Both the position numbers and the translations under genes were made by a program. Source: Planctomycetota bacterium (lineage in GTDB: Bacteria > Planctomycetota > PLA2 > JAEUHO01). From it: 64,000 nt of DNA. The notes under the pieces were generated by a model. The model made no database searches. It was not told the origin of the DNA and saw only the letters and a program-made list of their open reading frames with translations. The stretch covers positions 99,008 through 163,007 of the forward strand of contig JBFWRP010000010.1 in NCBI GenBank assembly GCA_050248855.1. Reading direction: 5' to 3'. This document shows, in pieces, positions 49,165 to 57,459 of the stretch; within the stretch, counting starts at the first letter, position 1, and every line of letters starts with the position of its first letter.

Positions 49165-49797
49165 GTGGGGAACCGAAGCGGGGCAAGGCTGTTCGGGCTC
49201 GTGGTCGTCGTGGGCATGCTGTTCCTGCCCGTGATGTCGTGCGGCATGATCGAGTTCCAGGGCCACGAGCTGGCCCGGAACAAGACGCCGGACGGGGACG
49301 CGATGCTCGCGGGCCTGACGCAGATGAACGAGCAGATCGAGCGGGCGGGGCGCAAGAGCGGACGCCTCACGGACGAGGACATCGCGGAGATCGATGCCGA
49401 CATCGAGCGCGACATGCCCGTCCCGCGCGGCAGCGGCAGTGAGCAGCCCAAGACGATGTTCTCGGGCAAACACGGGTGGCTGCACATCCTCTACCTGGGC
49501 CTCTTGGCGCTGGGTGGGATCGTGCTGCTGCTGGGGCCCGTCGCGCCCGCCCGGGGTGCGATCGGGCTGGTGGGCCTGGGCGGCTGGCTGCTCTTCCTCA
49601 CCCGCTTCGAGGCCATGTTCGAGAGCGAGGTGCCGGCGATCGCCCTGACCCTCTCGTGGGAGGCCGGTGCCTACGTCCCGCTGGCCGCCTGGTGCGGCCT
49701 GCTGCTGTTCGGTGGCTTCCGCAACGCACGCGATCTCTGGCAGACCCCGCACGCTGCCGACAGGTACCGGGGGGACCCGTCGCCGCCGCCCGGGTAG
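49165..49797 (+). CDS. Membrane hypothetical protein
   Basis: GGAGG before GTG and four hydrophobic segments. Confidence 0.65.
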   Translation: MGNRSGARLFGLVVVVGMLFLPVMSCGMIEFQGHELARNKTPDGDAMLAGLTQMNEQIERAGRKSGRLTDEDIAEIDADIERDMPVPRGSGSEQPKTMFSGKHGWLHILYLGLLALGGIVLLLGPVAPARGAIGLVGLGGWLLFLTRFEAMFESEVPAIALTLSWEAGAYVPLAAWCGLLLFGGFRNARDLWQTPHAADRYRGDPSPPPG

Positions 49798-49807
49798 GCT
49801 CGGCCCC

Positions 49808-50758
49808 GTGGCGGACCTGCAGAACACGTTCACCTGGTCGGTGTCGCGCGACAAGACGTTCGAGACGTGCGCGCGCCAGTACTGGTGGAACTACTACGGC
49901 AGCTGGGGCGGCTGGAGCCGCGACGCCGACCCCGAGGCGCGCCGCGCCTACATGCTCAAGAACCTGAGCAACCGTTGGGCCTGGGTCGGCACGGCGGTGC
50001 ACGAGGCCATCGAGGGCCTGCTCAAACGTCTGCAGCGCCGCGGGGGCCACGGCACGCTCGACTTCGAAGGCCGCGCCGACGAGGTGCGCCGCGAGCGCGA
50101 GCTCGAGCGGCTGACCGAGCGGATGCGCCGCGACTACGTGTCCTCGCGCGACGGCCGCTACCGGGACCAACCCAAGAAGGCCTTCGGGTTGGTCGAGCAC
50201 GAGTACGACGAGCCCGTGTCCCGCGACGAGTGGGCCGCCATGAACGACAAGGCCCGCGCGGCCCTGGACGCGTTCCTCGGGTCGCCCCTCTTCGACGAGA
50301 TCCGCTCCAGCGACCCGGCGCGCTGGCTGCCCATCGAACAGCTCGACCAGTTCGACATGGAAGGAACGCCCGTCTGGGTGGTGCTCGACTTCGCGCGTCG
50401 GATGGCCGACGACACCTTGCACATCTACGACTGGAAGACGGGCAAGGTCGACCCGGAAGCCAACCGGCCGCAGCTGGGCTGCTACACGCTGTACGTGGGG
50501 CTGCGCCACGGCACGCCGCCTGCGCAGGTGGTCAACCACCTCGTCTACCTGGGCACGGACCTGACCGAGGTCACGTTCACGCTCGAGGAAGCGGACCTCC
50601 TCGCCACCAAGGACTTCCTGCGCCAGAGCATCGCGCGCATGAAGGCGCGGCTCGTGGACCCGGCGGCCAACGCCGCACGTCGCGAGGACTTCCCGCTCAC
50701 GGACGACCTCGAGCGGTGTGCCGCCTGCAGCTTCCGGCGCCTCTGCGGACGGGAGTAG
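49808..50758 (+). CDS. PD-(D/E)XK nuclease, RecB/AddB/Cas4-like with a probable 4Fe-4S staple
   Basis: WSVSR...TCARQY, GTAVHEAIE, LDFA...IYDWKTG, QLGCY and C-terminal CAACSFRRLC. Confidence 0.85.
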   Translation: MADLQNTFTWSVSRDKTFETCARQYWWNYYGSWGGWSRDADPEARRAYMLKNLSNRWAWVGTAVHEAIEGLLKRLQRRGGHGTLDFEGRADEVRRERELERLTERMRRDYVSSRDGRYRDQPKKAFGLVEHEYDEPVSRDEWAAMNDKARAALDAFLGSPLFDEIRSSDPARWLPIEQLDQFDMEGTPVWVVLDFARRMADDTLHIYDWKTGKVDPEANRPQLGCYTLYVGLRHGTPPAQVVNHLVYLGTDLTEVTFTLEEADLLATKDFLRQSIARMKARLVDPAANAARREDFPLTDDLERCAACSFRRLCGRE

Positions 50759-50762
50759 CGAC

Positions 50763-53207
50763 GTGCGTCGGGCCTGCACCCTGGTCGCGGCCTGCGCTCT
50801 GCTGCTCGCGGGCTTCGTGGCGGCCGCGGCTCCGGCGAGCGCCGGCGCCACGATGGTCGTCGTGGACGGCGCCGCCGCGCGCGACGACGCCGCGCTGCGC
50901 GACCAAGCCCGACGTCTTGCCAAGGCGCTGCTGGCGGCGGGCGACGACGTGCGCGTCGTGGTGGCCGCATGGCGCGGCGGACGCGTGGATGTCGCCCACG
51001 ACGAAGGCGGCGCGGCGTTCGCCGCCCGCGAGGCGTGGGAGGTGGCCGAGGACGCGGTGCCGCTGGACGTGCGCGAGGTGTTCCGCATGGCGCTGGAGCG
51101 TCATCGCGCTCTCAAGCCGCTGCGGCTGATCACGCTCGGACCCTTCGAGGACGACGACGACGTCAGCGACCCGGGGCGCGTGGCCGCGCTCGCGCTCGCG
51201 ACCAACCGTTGGAACGGGACCGCTCCGCTCGAGAGCCGCCTGCTCACACCCGGACTGTCGGCGCGCGGCGTATCGCGGCTCACGGCGCAAGGGGCTCCGG
51301 TGCCCGAGGGGTGGATGCGCGACGGGTGGCTCGTGCTGCACGTCGGCGCTCCCAAGGTGGAAGCGACGCCGTGGTCGCCGCTTGCCTCCTCGCCCATGCG
51401 TCGCGCCGTGGTGCGTGCACCCTTGGAGGTGCTGTCCTTGGGTTCGCCGCCGTCCTTCGCACTCCGCGTCGAGATCGACGGCGGGCGCGTCGTGGAGGGC
51501 GAGCTGCACGCAGGTCCTGCGCTCGTCGTGCCGATTGGCGCCGACGCGGGATCGTCCCCCGTCACCGTCTCGTTCGTGCGCAACGATGCCGAGCGCGATG
51601 TCTGGCTGACCGCGGCGCCCGAGCCCCTGACCATCACGTGGCCCCTGGCTCGCGACGGTCGCGTGGTCGACACCGCACGCGGTACGCCGCAGCCCTTCAC
51701 GGCTCTCGACGTGAAGGTGGGCGCTCCCGTCGAAGGCACGTGGCAGCTGGAGCGCACCGCGGTGGGCAGCGCGCGGTGGCGCCTGGACCCGGCCAGCCGC
51801 TCCGGCTTGCCCGAGACGCTCGAGGTCGAGCTCGGCGACGAGACGCCGCTGGCGGACCAGCCCGAGGTGCTCGTCACGCCCTTGGTGGTGCGCTTTGCGG
51901 CGCGGCCGGGGGTGGCCGTCGACGCGGAGGGCGAGCTCGTGTTCGTCGCGGGCGAGGGCGGCCCCTCGGCCCGCCTGCCCGTCACGCTCCAGGCCGTCCC
52001 CGACGCGCTGACGCTGCGGGCTCCGGGCGGCGAGCTGCGGTTCGACGTCCCCTCCGCCCGCGCCGACACGCCGCTGGTGGTGCGCTTCGAGGCTGCAGGT
52101 CCCAATGCTCCTGCTGGCGGCCGCCTCGTCGCGGAAGCCACGCCCGCTTCGCTGCTCGAGGCGTTGGCGTTCGACGTGACCCTGCCAACGGCGACCGTGC
52201 GTTGGAGTGGTCGGCAGACGATCGACGTGCCGGCGGGTGTCGACGTGAGCGTGCGCGCGGTCGTGCGCGACGGCGCGCGACCGGAGGACCTGCTCGACGG
52301 GACGCTGACGCTGCGCCCCGACGATGCGCCCTTCGTCGAGGGTCGTCTCGAGGTCCGCGTGCACGTCCGCCGCCCGCGCTGGGTGCGCGACGGCGAGGGG
52401 CCCGTGCACTACGACGTGGTCGACGGAGCCCTGCGCCCGGTGGCTCCCCTCGCGGTCCGCTTGGAGGACGAAGGCGTGGACGGTGCCTGGCGCGCCGCGT
52501 GGCTCGACGCGCCCCCCACCGCCAGCTGGCCGGGCGAGTCGCTGCCACTCGCCTTCGCGCCCGCTGGACCGGGGCGTCACGTCTTGGCCCCCACGGGGCC
52601 CTGGGCCGGCAACGAGGCGCAAGTCTTCGACGACATCGACGTCGCCCACGAGGTCGTCGTGACGGACCGCGTGGGCCGCGAGGTCGTGCGCGTACCCGTC
52701 GAGGTGCGCGTGGTTGCGCGCTGGGGCGATCGCGGCTGGCTGCTCGTCGTGCTGGCGGCCCTGGCCCTCGTGCTGGGCGCCATCATCCTGGCCGCGCTCC
52801 GACCGCCGCCCGTGAAGGGCACCTTGCTCTATGCGGTGGAAGGCCTGGGCGGCACGGTCGGTCGACTCGACCTCGCGCCCGTGCGTCGTGGACGGCGCGA
52901 GGTCCGTACCGACGCCAAGGGCCGCTTGTCGCTCGATGGGCCCGGCAAGCCCATCTCCGTGGTTCGCGCCGAGCGCGTCGGCGGCGTGGTCTTGGTGCCG
53001 ACGGCGAGCGGCGAGGAGCGGCGCCTGCTGGTGGACGGGCTCACCTGGCAGAGCGGTCGCCATCGCCTGCGCTACGTCTCCGGCCGCGAGGCCGATGCCG
53101 CGCTGCCTACGGCCGTCGAGCTGCCCGACCTGCTGGGCCGCGAGTTCGAAATGGACACGGGCCGCGTGCAGGAAGCGTGGGAGGACGCCGGCGGCGACGA
53201 CCTGTAA
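50763..53207 (+). CDS. Secreted, C-terminally membrane-anchored hypothetical protein
   Basis: Signal peptide, long beta-rich region, TM WLLVVLAALALVLGAIILAAL and a cytoplasmic tail. Confidence 0.65.
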   Translation: MRRACTLVAACALLLAGFVAAAAPASAGATMVVVDGAAARDDAALRDQARRLAKALLAAGDDVRVVVAAWRGGRVDVAHDEGGAAFAAREAWEVAEDAVPLDVREVFRMALERHRALKPLRLITLGPFEDDDDVSDPGRVAALALATNRWNGTAPLESRLLTPGLSARGVSRLTAQGAPVPEGWMRDGWLVLHVGAPKVEATPWSPLASSPMRRAVVRAPLEVLSLGSPPSFALRVEIDGGRVVEGELHAGPALVVPIGADAGSSPVTVSFVRNDAERDVWLTAAPEPLTITWPLARDGRVVDTARGTPQPFTALDVKVGAPVEGTWQLERTAVGSARWRLDPASRSGLPETLEVELGDETPLADQPEVLVTPLVVRFAARPGVAVDAEGELVFVAGEGGPSARLPVTLQAVPDALTLRAPGGELRFDVPSARADTPLVVRFEAAGPNAPAGGRLVAEATPASLLEALAFDVTLPTATVRWSGRQTIDVPAGVDVSVRAVVRDGARPEDLLDGTLTLRPDDAPFVEGRLEVRVHVRRPRWVRDGEGPVHYDVVDGALRPVAPLAVRLEDEGVDGAWRAAWLDAPPTASWPGESLPLAFAPAGPGRHVLAPTGPWAGNEAQVFDDIDVAHEVVVTDRVGREVVRVPVEVRVVARWGDRGWLLVVLAALALVLGAIILAALRPPPVKGTLLYAVEGLGGTVGRLDLAPVRRGRREVRTDAKGRLSLDGPGKPISVVRAERVGGVVLVPTASGEERRLLVDGLTWQSGRHRLRYVSGREADAALPTAVELPDLLGREFEMDTGRVQEAWEDAGGDDL

Positions 53208-53222
53208 GCCGCGGCTGCGTTG

Positions 53223-53795
53223 CTACGGCTCGTCGTCCACGGGAGGCGGCGGACGCACCGGACCGCTGTGCGGGGCCTCGGCCTCTTCCTCGTCGTCCGC
53301 CTCGGGTGCCCCGCGCTGGCGGCGCTCGTCGGCAAGCGAGAGAGCCATCGTGACCGCTTCCTCCGCCGTACGCGCCTCGGGCACGAAGCGGTCGAACAGC
53401 GCGCCGCGGTCCAGGCTCCACGTATGCAGGCCCACGACGGGCAGGCCGTGCTTCAGCGCGATCGCGATCTCCGACAGCGTGCCGAGGCGCCCGCCGATCG
53501 CGATGGCCGCCTCGCCCGCCGTCGCGACGAGCACGTTGCGCGCGTCGCCAAGCCCCGTGGGGATCACGTGGTCCACGTAGGGGTTGGCATGGCGCGGGTT
53601 GTAGGTGCGCAGGATGCCGATCGTCGTGCCGCCCGCTTCCTTGGCGCCCATGCACACGGCTTCCATCACGCCGTAGAGGCCGCCACAAACGACCGTGACG
53701 CCCCGCTCGGCCAGCAGCCGGCCCACGTCCGCGGCGAGGTTGTACTCGCGGCGCGTCGGATGGCCGGCGCCGAACACGGCAATCTGGCGCTTCAT
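53223..53795 (-). CDS. LOG/SLOG-family nucleotide-binding protein (TIGR00725-like)
   Basis: IAVFG, VCGGLYGVMEA, TGLGDARN and GGRLGTLSEIA. ATGA overlap with the upstream gene. Confidence 0.85.
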   Translation of the reverse strand: MKRQIAVFGAGHPTRREYNLAADVGRLLAERGVTVVCGGLYGVMEAVCMGAKEAGGTTIGILRTYNPRHANPYVDHVIPTGLGDARNVLVATAGEAAIAIGGRLGTLSEIAIALKHGLPVVGLHTWSLDRGALFDRFVPEARTAEEAVTMALSLADERRQRGAPEADDEEEAEAPHSGPVRPPPPVDDEP

Positions 53796-56632
53796 GCGGC
53801 AGATCCTACCGACCCGGTCTCCCGGACGTCGCGGCCGAAGAAGCCGAGCAGGGTGGCCACGACGGCCAGCAGGATGATGTCGGCGGCGGCGTAGGCGTAC
53901 ACGGTGTAGGCGTGGCTCATCCACCACGTGTTCCGCCACCAGGCCCACAGCGCCGCGGCGACAAGCGCCGCGCGGGCCGCCCCGGCCACCGCCACGTCCA
54001 CCACCAGCTGACGCCCCACGGCCGGACCCGCGTCCGGGTGCGCCTCGAGCCCGCGGCGCACGGCGGCCAGGAACAGCACCCACGGCAGCGCCATCCGGAG
54101 GGCCAGCTGGATCCCGGCCGCGACGATCTGCCACGTGACGCCGGTGGCCGCCGAGCCGGTGCCGACCGGCTCGACCTTGCCCAGGCCCGCGAACGCCTGG
54201 CCCACGTCGAGCGTGCTGAAGCTCTCCTCGAAGCCCATGGCGTGGAACACGGCGGTCCTCACGATGACCAGGCCGAGCGCAGCCCATGCGATGCGGACGC
54301 GGGTCATGCCGATCCCGAGGCGTGCGGCCCCCATCGCGCCGATGGCCACGACCACGAACGCGGCGTTCTCCGCGTCCATCACGGAGAGGCGACGCGAGAG
54401 TGCGAGGGCCGCCAGCACGGTGGCCAGGAGGCGGCCGTCGGGGCCGACGCGGGGCGCGAGCGCCGCGACGAGCGCGGCCACGCCCAGCACGTTCGTGCCG
54501 AGGCTGATCAGGCGGGCGGAGGACACGCCCAGCGAGGCCTCCAGCGCGTCGGAGCCGACGAGGCGGTGCACGTAGGCGCCGAGCAGGGCGGCGCCCGCGA
54601 GCCCCAGGGCCGCGTCGGCGCCGTCCCACCACGCGCGACGCGGGGCGAGCAGCACGACGGGCACGACGAGCACGGCCCCCGCGACGAGCGCCCACGACTC
54701 GTTCGCTGCCGTGGCCTTGACCCAGCTCCCGTCGATCCACCCCTCGATCGCACGCACCACGCCGAAGAGCACGAGCGCGACGCCGCCCACGACGAACACG
54801 CCCGCGCGGTCCTCGCCCGCGCGCATGCGCGCCCGCAGCCACAGCGCCACCACGAGGAGACCGAGCAGCGCGTAGATCACGACGGTGTGGACGACGTTGT
54901 CGACGAACGGGCGCAGCGTGACCAAGAAGCCCAGGGGTCCGCCGAGCAGCGCCACGGAGGCGGTCGGGTGCCGCTCCATGAAGCCGCGTACGTGGCGCAG
55001 CCAGGCCCGGGGTCGCGCGAAGGCGATCCACCCCGCCAGCGCGAAGCCGCCCACGATGGCCAGCCGCGTTGCGGCCGGACCCGGGTCCTCCCGCAGCGTG
55101 AACGCTTCCTGCAACACGTAGCCGCCTGCCGTCAACACGGGCACGAGCGCCAGGGCGGCCAGCACGCCGAGCACGAGGCGGGGCCCCGGCGGGCCCACGA
55201 GGCGTGCCCCCACGACGAGACCCACACCGGTGAGCGCCGCGGCCACGAAGCTGCGCGCGCTGCCGCCGGGCAGTGGTAGGGCGCCGAGCACGAACAGCGA
55301 GAGCACGAGGAGCCCGCCGAGGACGAGGCCCTCGCCGTGCGGCGGCGCCTCCGGGCGCGGCGCCAGGGCGGAGCGCTCCACGCCCGCGACGACCACGGCC
55401 ATGCCCAGTGCCAGCAGCAGCCAGGCGAGCACGGCGAAGCCCGTGCGCCGCGGTTCCAGGAGCTCGTTGACGCGCGCGACGAGCCCTTCCCAGCCGCCGG
55501 CCTGCTCGCGCCAGCTCTTGGCCATCAGCTCGGCGCGCTCCTTCTCGATGATGTCCACCGCCTCGCCGTCCACGCCGCGGGCCACGGCGAGGCGTGCATC
55601 GACGTAGGCCTGTCGGGCCTGCTCTTCGATCTCGGGCGGCAGGTCCAGGATCTCGAGGACGGGCGGCGCGTCGGCCAGGGGCGGGATCGGCAGGCCGAGC
55701 AGCGCCGCGACCGTGGGCGCGAGCGAGGACTGGTCCACGTCGAGGCGCGCACCCGCCACGACGTTCGGCCCGACCAGCAGCCAGGGCGCGCGACGTGCCG
55801 CGGCTTCGCCACCGCCATGCGTGCCCATCGCGCTGACGCCATGGTCACTGGCCACGAGCACGGTGCCGGCGGGATGGCGTGTGCGGAAGGCGCGCACGAC
55901 CTGGGCAACCTGGCCATCGACGTGGCGGCAGGCGTCCGCATAGGCCTGGCCCAGCGCACCGTGCTTGTGGCCCGCATGGTCGATGCGCGTCAGGTGCAGC
56001 GTCAGCACGTCGTCGCCGGCCTCGATGCGCTCCAGCAGGAACGGCACCGCTTTCTCGTCGGTCTCGCCCTGGTCCACGGGCCCGCGATCGGGCACTTGGT
56101 AGACGGCACCGGCCTCTTCGTCCGGGTACCAGCGCTTGGCGACTTGCCAGGCCGCGGCGTCCCCGGCGTGCGCCGTGCTGGCGCCGCGGCGACGCAGGTA
56201 CTCGATGAGCGTCCCGCGCATCTCCGGCGCATCGAAGTTGCGGAAGCCCGTGAGCAGGTCGGGCCGCCGTCCCGAGAGAATCGCGCGAACGCATGCGGCG
56301 GTCAGCGTGGGCTCGCCCGTCAGGGCGATCCCCGCGGCGCCTTCCCTGGCCAGCGCCGTCATGCGCGGCATCGGGCCGTCGGCGACGAGCCACGACGTGC
56401 CCTCGCGCAAGCCGTCGAGGATCACGATCAGGAGAGGCGAGGCCTGCTCCGTTCGCGCGCCGATCTCGGGCAGCTCGGACGGCGTGTCGCGGTTGAGCCA
56501 TGCCTCCATGGCCATGCGACCTACGCCGACGAGCGTCAGCAAGACCAACACCACGAGCAGCGCGGCACGGACGGCACCCGGGCGCGTGGCCGGGGCGTCC
56601 GGGGCCGTGGCCGACGTGCGTTCGCGACCCAT
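53792..56632 (-). CDS. Alkaline-phosphatase-superfamily multi-pass membrane transferase resembling GPI ethanolamine-phosphate transferases
   Basis: One TM, then ILDGLR, PTLT, DHAGH, SDHG, GTHGG and LAPTVAALLGLPIP, then many TM helices and MGFEESFSTLDVGQAFAGL. Confidence 0.75.
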   Translation of the reverse strand: MGRERTSATAPDAPATRPGAVRAALLVVLVLLTLVGVGRMAMEAWLNRDTPSELPEIGARTEQASPLLIVILDGLREGTSWLVADGPMPRMTALAREGAAGIALTGEPTLTAACVRAILSGRRPDLLTGFRNFDAPEMRGTLIEYLRRRGASTAHAGDAAAWQVAKRWYPDEEAGAVYQVPDRGPVDQGETDEKAVPFLLERIEAGDDVLTLHLTRIDHAGHKHGALGQAYADACRHVDGQVAQVVRAFRTRHPAGTVLVASDHGVSAMGTHGGGEAAARRAPWLLVGPNVVAGARLDVDQSSLAPTVAALLGLPIPPLADAPPVLEILDLPPEIEEQARQAYVDARLAVARGVDGEAVDIIEKERAELMAKSWREQAGGWEGLVARVNELLEPRRTGFAVLAWLLLALGMAVVVAGVERSALAPRPEAPPHGEGLVLGGLLVLSLFVLGALPLPGGSARSFVAAALTGVGLVVGARLVGPPGPRLVLGVLAALALVPVLTAGGYVLQEAFTLREDPGPAATRLAIVGGFALAGWIAFARPRAWLRHVRGFMERHPTASVALLGGPLGFLVTLRPFVDNVVHTVVIYALLGLLVVALWLRARMRAGEDRAGVFVVGGVALVLFGVVRAIEGWIDGSWVKATAANESWALVAGAVLVVPVVLLAPRRAWWDGADAALGLAGAALLGAYVHRLVGSDALEASLGVSSARLISLGTNVLGVAALVAALAPRVGPDGRLLATVLAALALSRRLSVMDAENAAFVVVAIGAMGAARLGIGMTRVRIAWAALGLVIVRTAVFHAMGFEESFSTLDVGQAFAGLGKVEPVGTGSAATGVTWQIVAAGIQLALRMALPWVLFLAAVRRGLEAHPDAGPAVGRQLVVDVAVAGAARAALVAAALWAWWRNTWWMSHAYTVYAYAAADIILLAVVATLLGFFGRDVRETGSVGSAA

Positions 56633-56641
56633 CGTCGTGCG

Positions 56642-57370
56642 TCAGTCCGCCGTGTCGTGCGAGGCGGAGCCCGACCGTTCCTGGTCGATGTGCATGGCGT
56701 GGTACGTCCAGGCGAGCAAGCCGCTGGCCGACAGGATCGCCAGCAGCCACGCCTTCCACCACGTGGTCCGCGTCACGCCGAGGACGCCGACGGCGACCAG
56801 GAGTCCCCCCGCGCCGAGCAGCGCGTGCCCGCCCAGGCCGACGCCCGCCAGCACTTCGTTCGTGCTCTCCTCGGCAATGGCGCGCACCAGCAGGCCGAAG
56901 CCCACGCCGACGAGACCGGCGGGCAGCGAGAGGCCCAACGCCAGGGCGCCGATGCCCCGCGCGATCCCGAGCAGGAACAACAGCGCCAACAACACGCCTG
57001 CGCCGGCCACGCCGTAGATCAGCCAGGCCGTCACGGCCAACCGGTCGCGACCCACCGGCGTGGTCGTCGCGTCGGTCGCGTCCTTGGAGCGGTCCAGGCC
57101 CCACTTCGCGACGTCGCTGCCGGCGAGCGCGCCGCGCCGCGCGATGCCCCCCACCAGGTCCACCAGCTCGCGATCGCGGGCCGTCCCGCCCTCGCGGGCC
57201 TCGAGCTGGCGGGCGGCTTCGGCGTGGAGCTCGGACACGCTGCCCGCGAGCTTCCACCACGGCATGAACACCGCAGCCGCCAGCGCGACCGCGGCGATCA
57301 GTCCCAGGACCGAGGTGAAGCGGCCACGGCGCGGCGGCGATGCGGGTTGGGCAGGCTCGTGCGCGTCCAT
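56642..57370 (-). CDS. Membrane hypothetical protein
   Basis: 242 aa with about five hydrophobic helices, co-oriented and 9 nt upstream of the transferase. Confidence 0.65.
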   Translation of the reverse strand: MDAHEPAQPASPPRRGRFTSVLGLIAAVALAAAVFMPWWKLAGSVSELHAEAARQLEAREGGTARDRELVDLVGGIARRGALAGSDVAKWGLDRSKDATDATTTPVGRDRLAVTAWLIYGVAGAGVLLALLFLLGIARGIGALALGLSLPAGLVGVGFGLLVRAIAEESTNEVLAGVGLGGHALLGAGGLLVAVGVLGVTRTTWWKAWLLAILSASGLLAWTYHAMHIDQERSGSASHDTAD

Positions 57371-57459
57371 CCCCGGATCATCCCCGGCCCCGCCTGGAAC
57401 CGCCCCGAATGCCCGCGCGCCGGGACGGGTGGCCGCGTGCGTGCCCCTAAGATGCCGCG

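Noticed and set aside
49808..50758. cas4 of a CRISPR or defence locus
   Set aside because: The fold is Cas4/AddB-like, but there is no cas1, cas2, array or defence neighbourhood. Solo PD-(D/E)XK nucleases are common.
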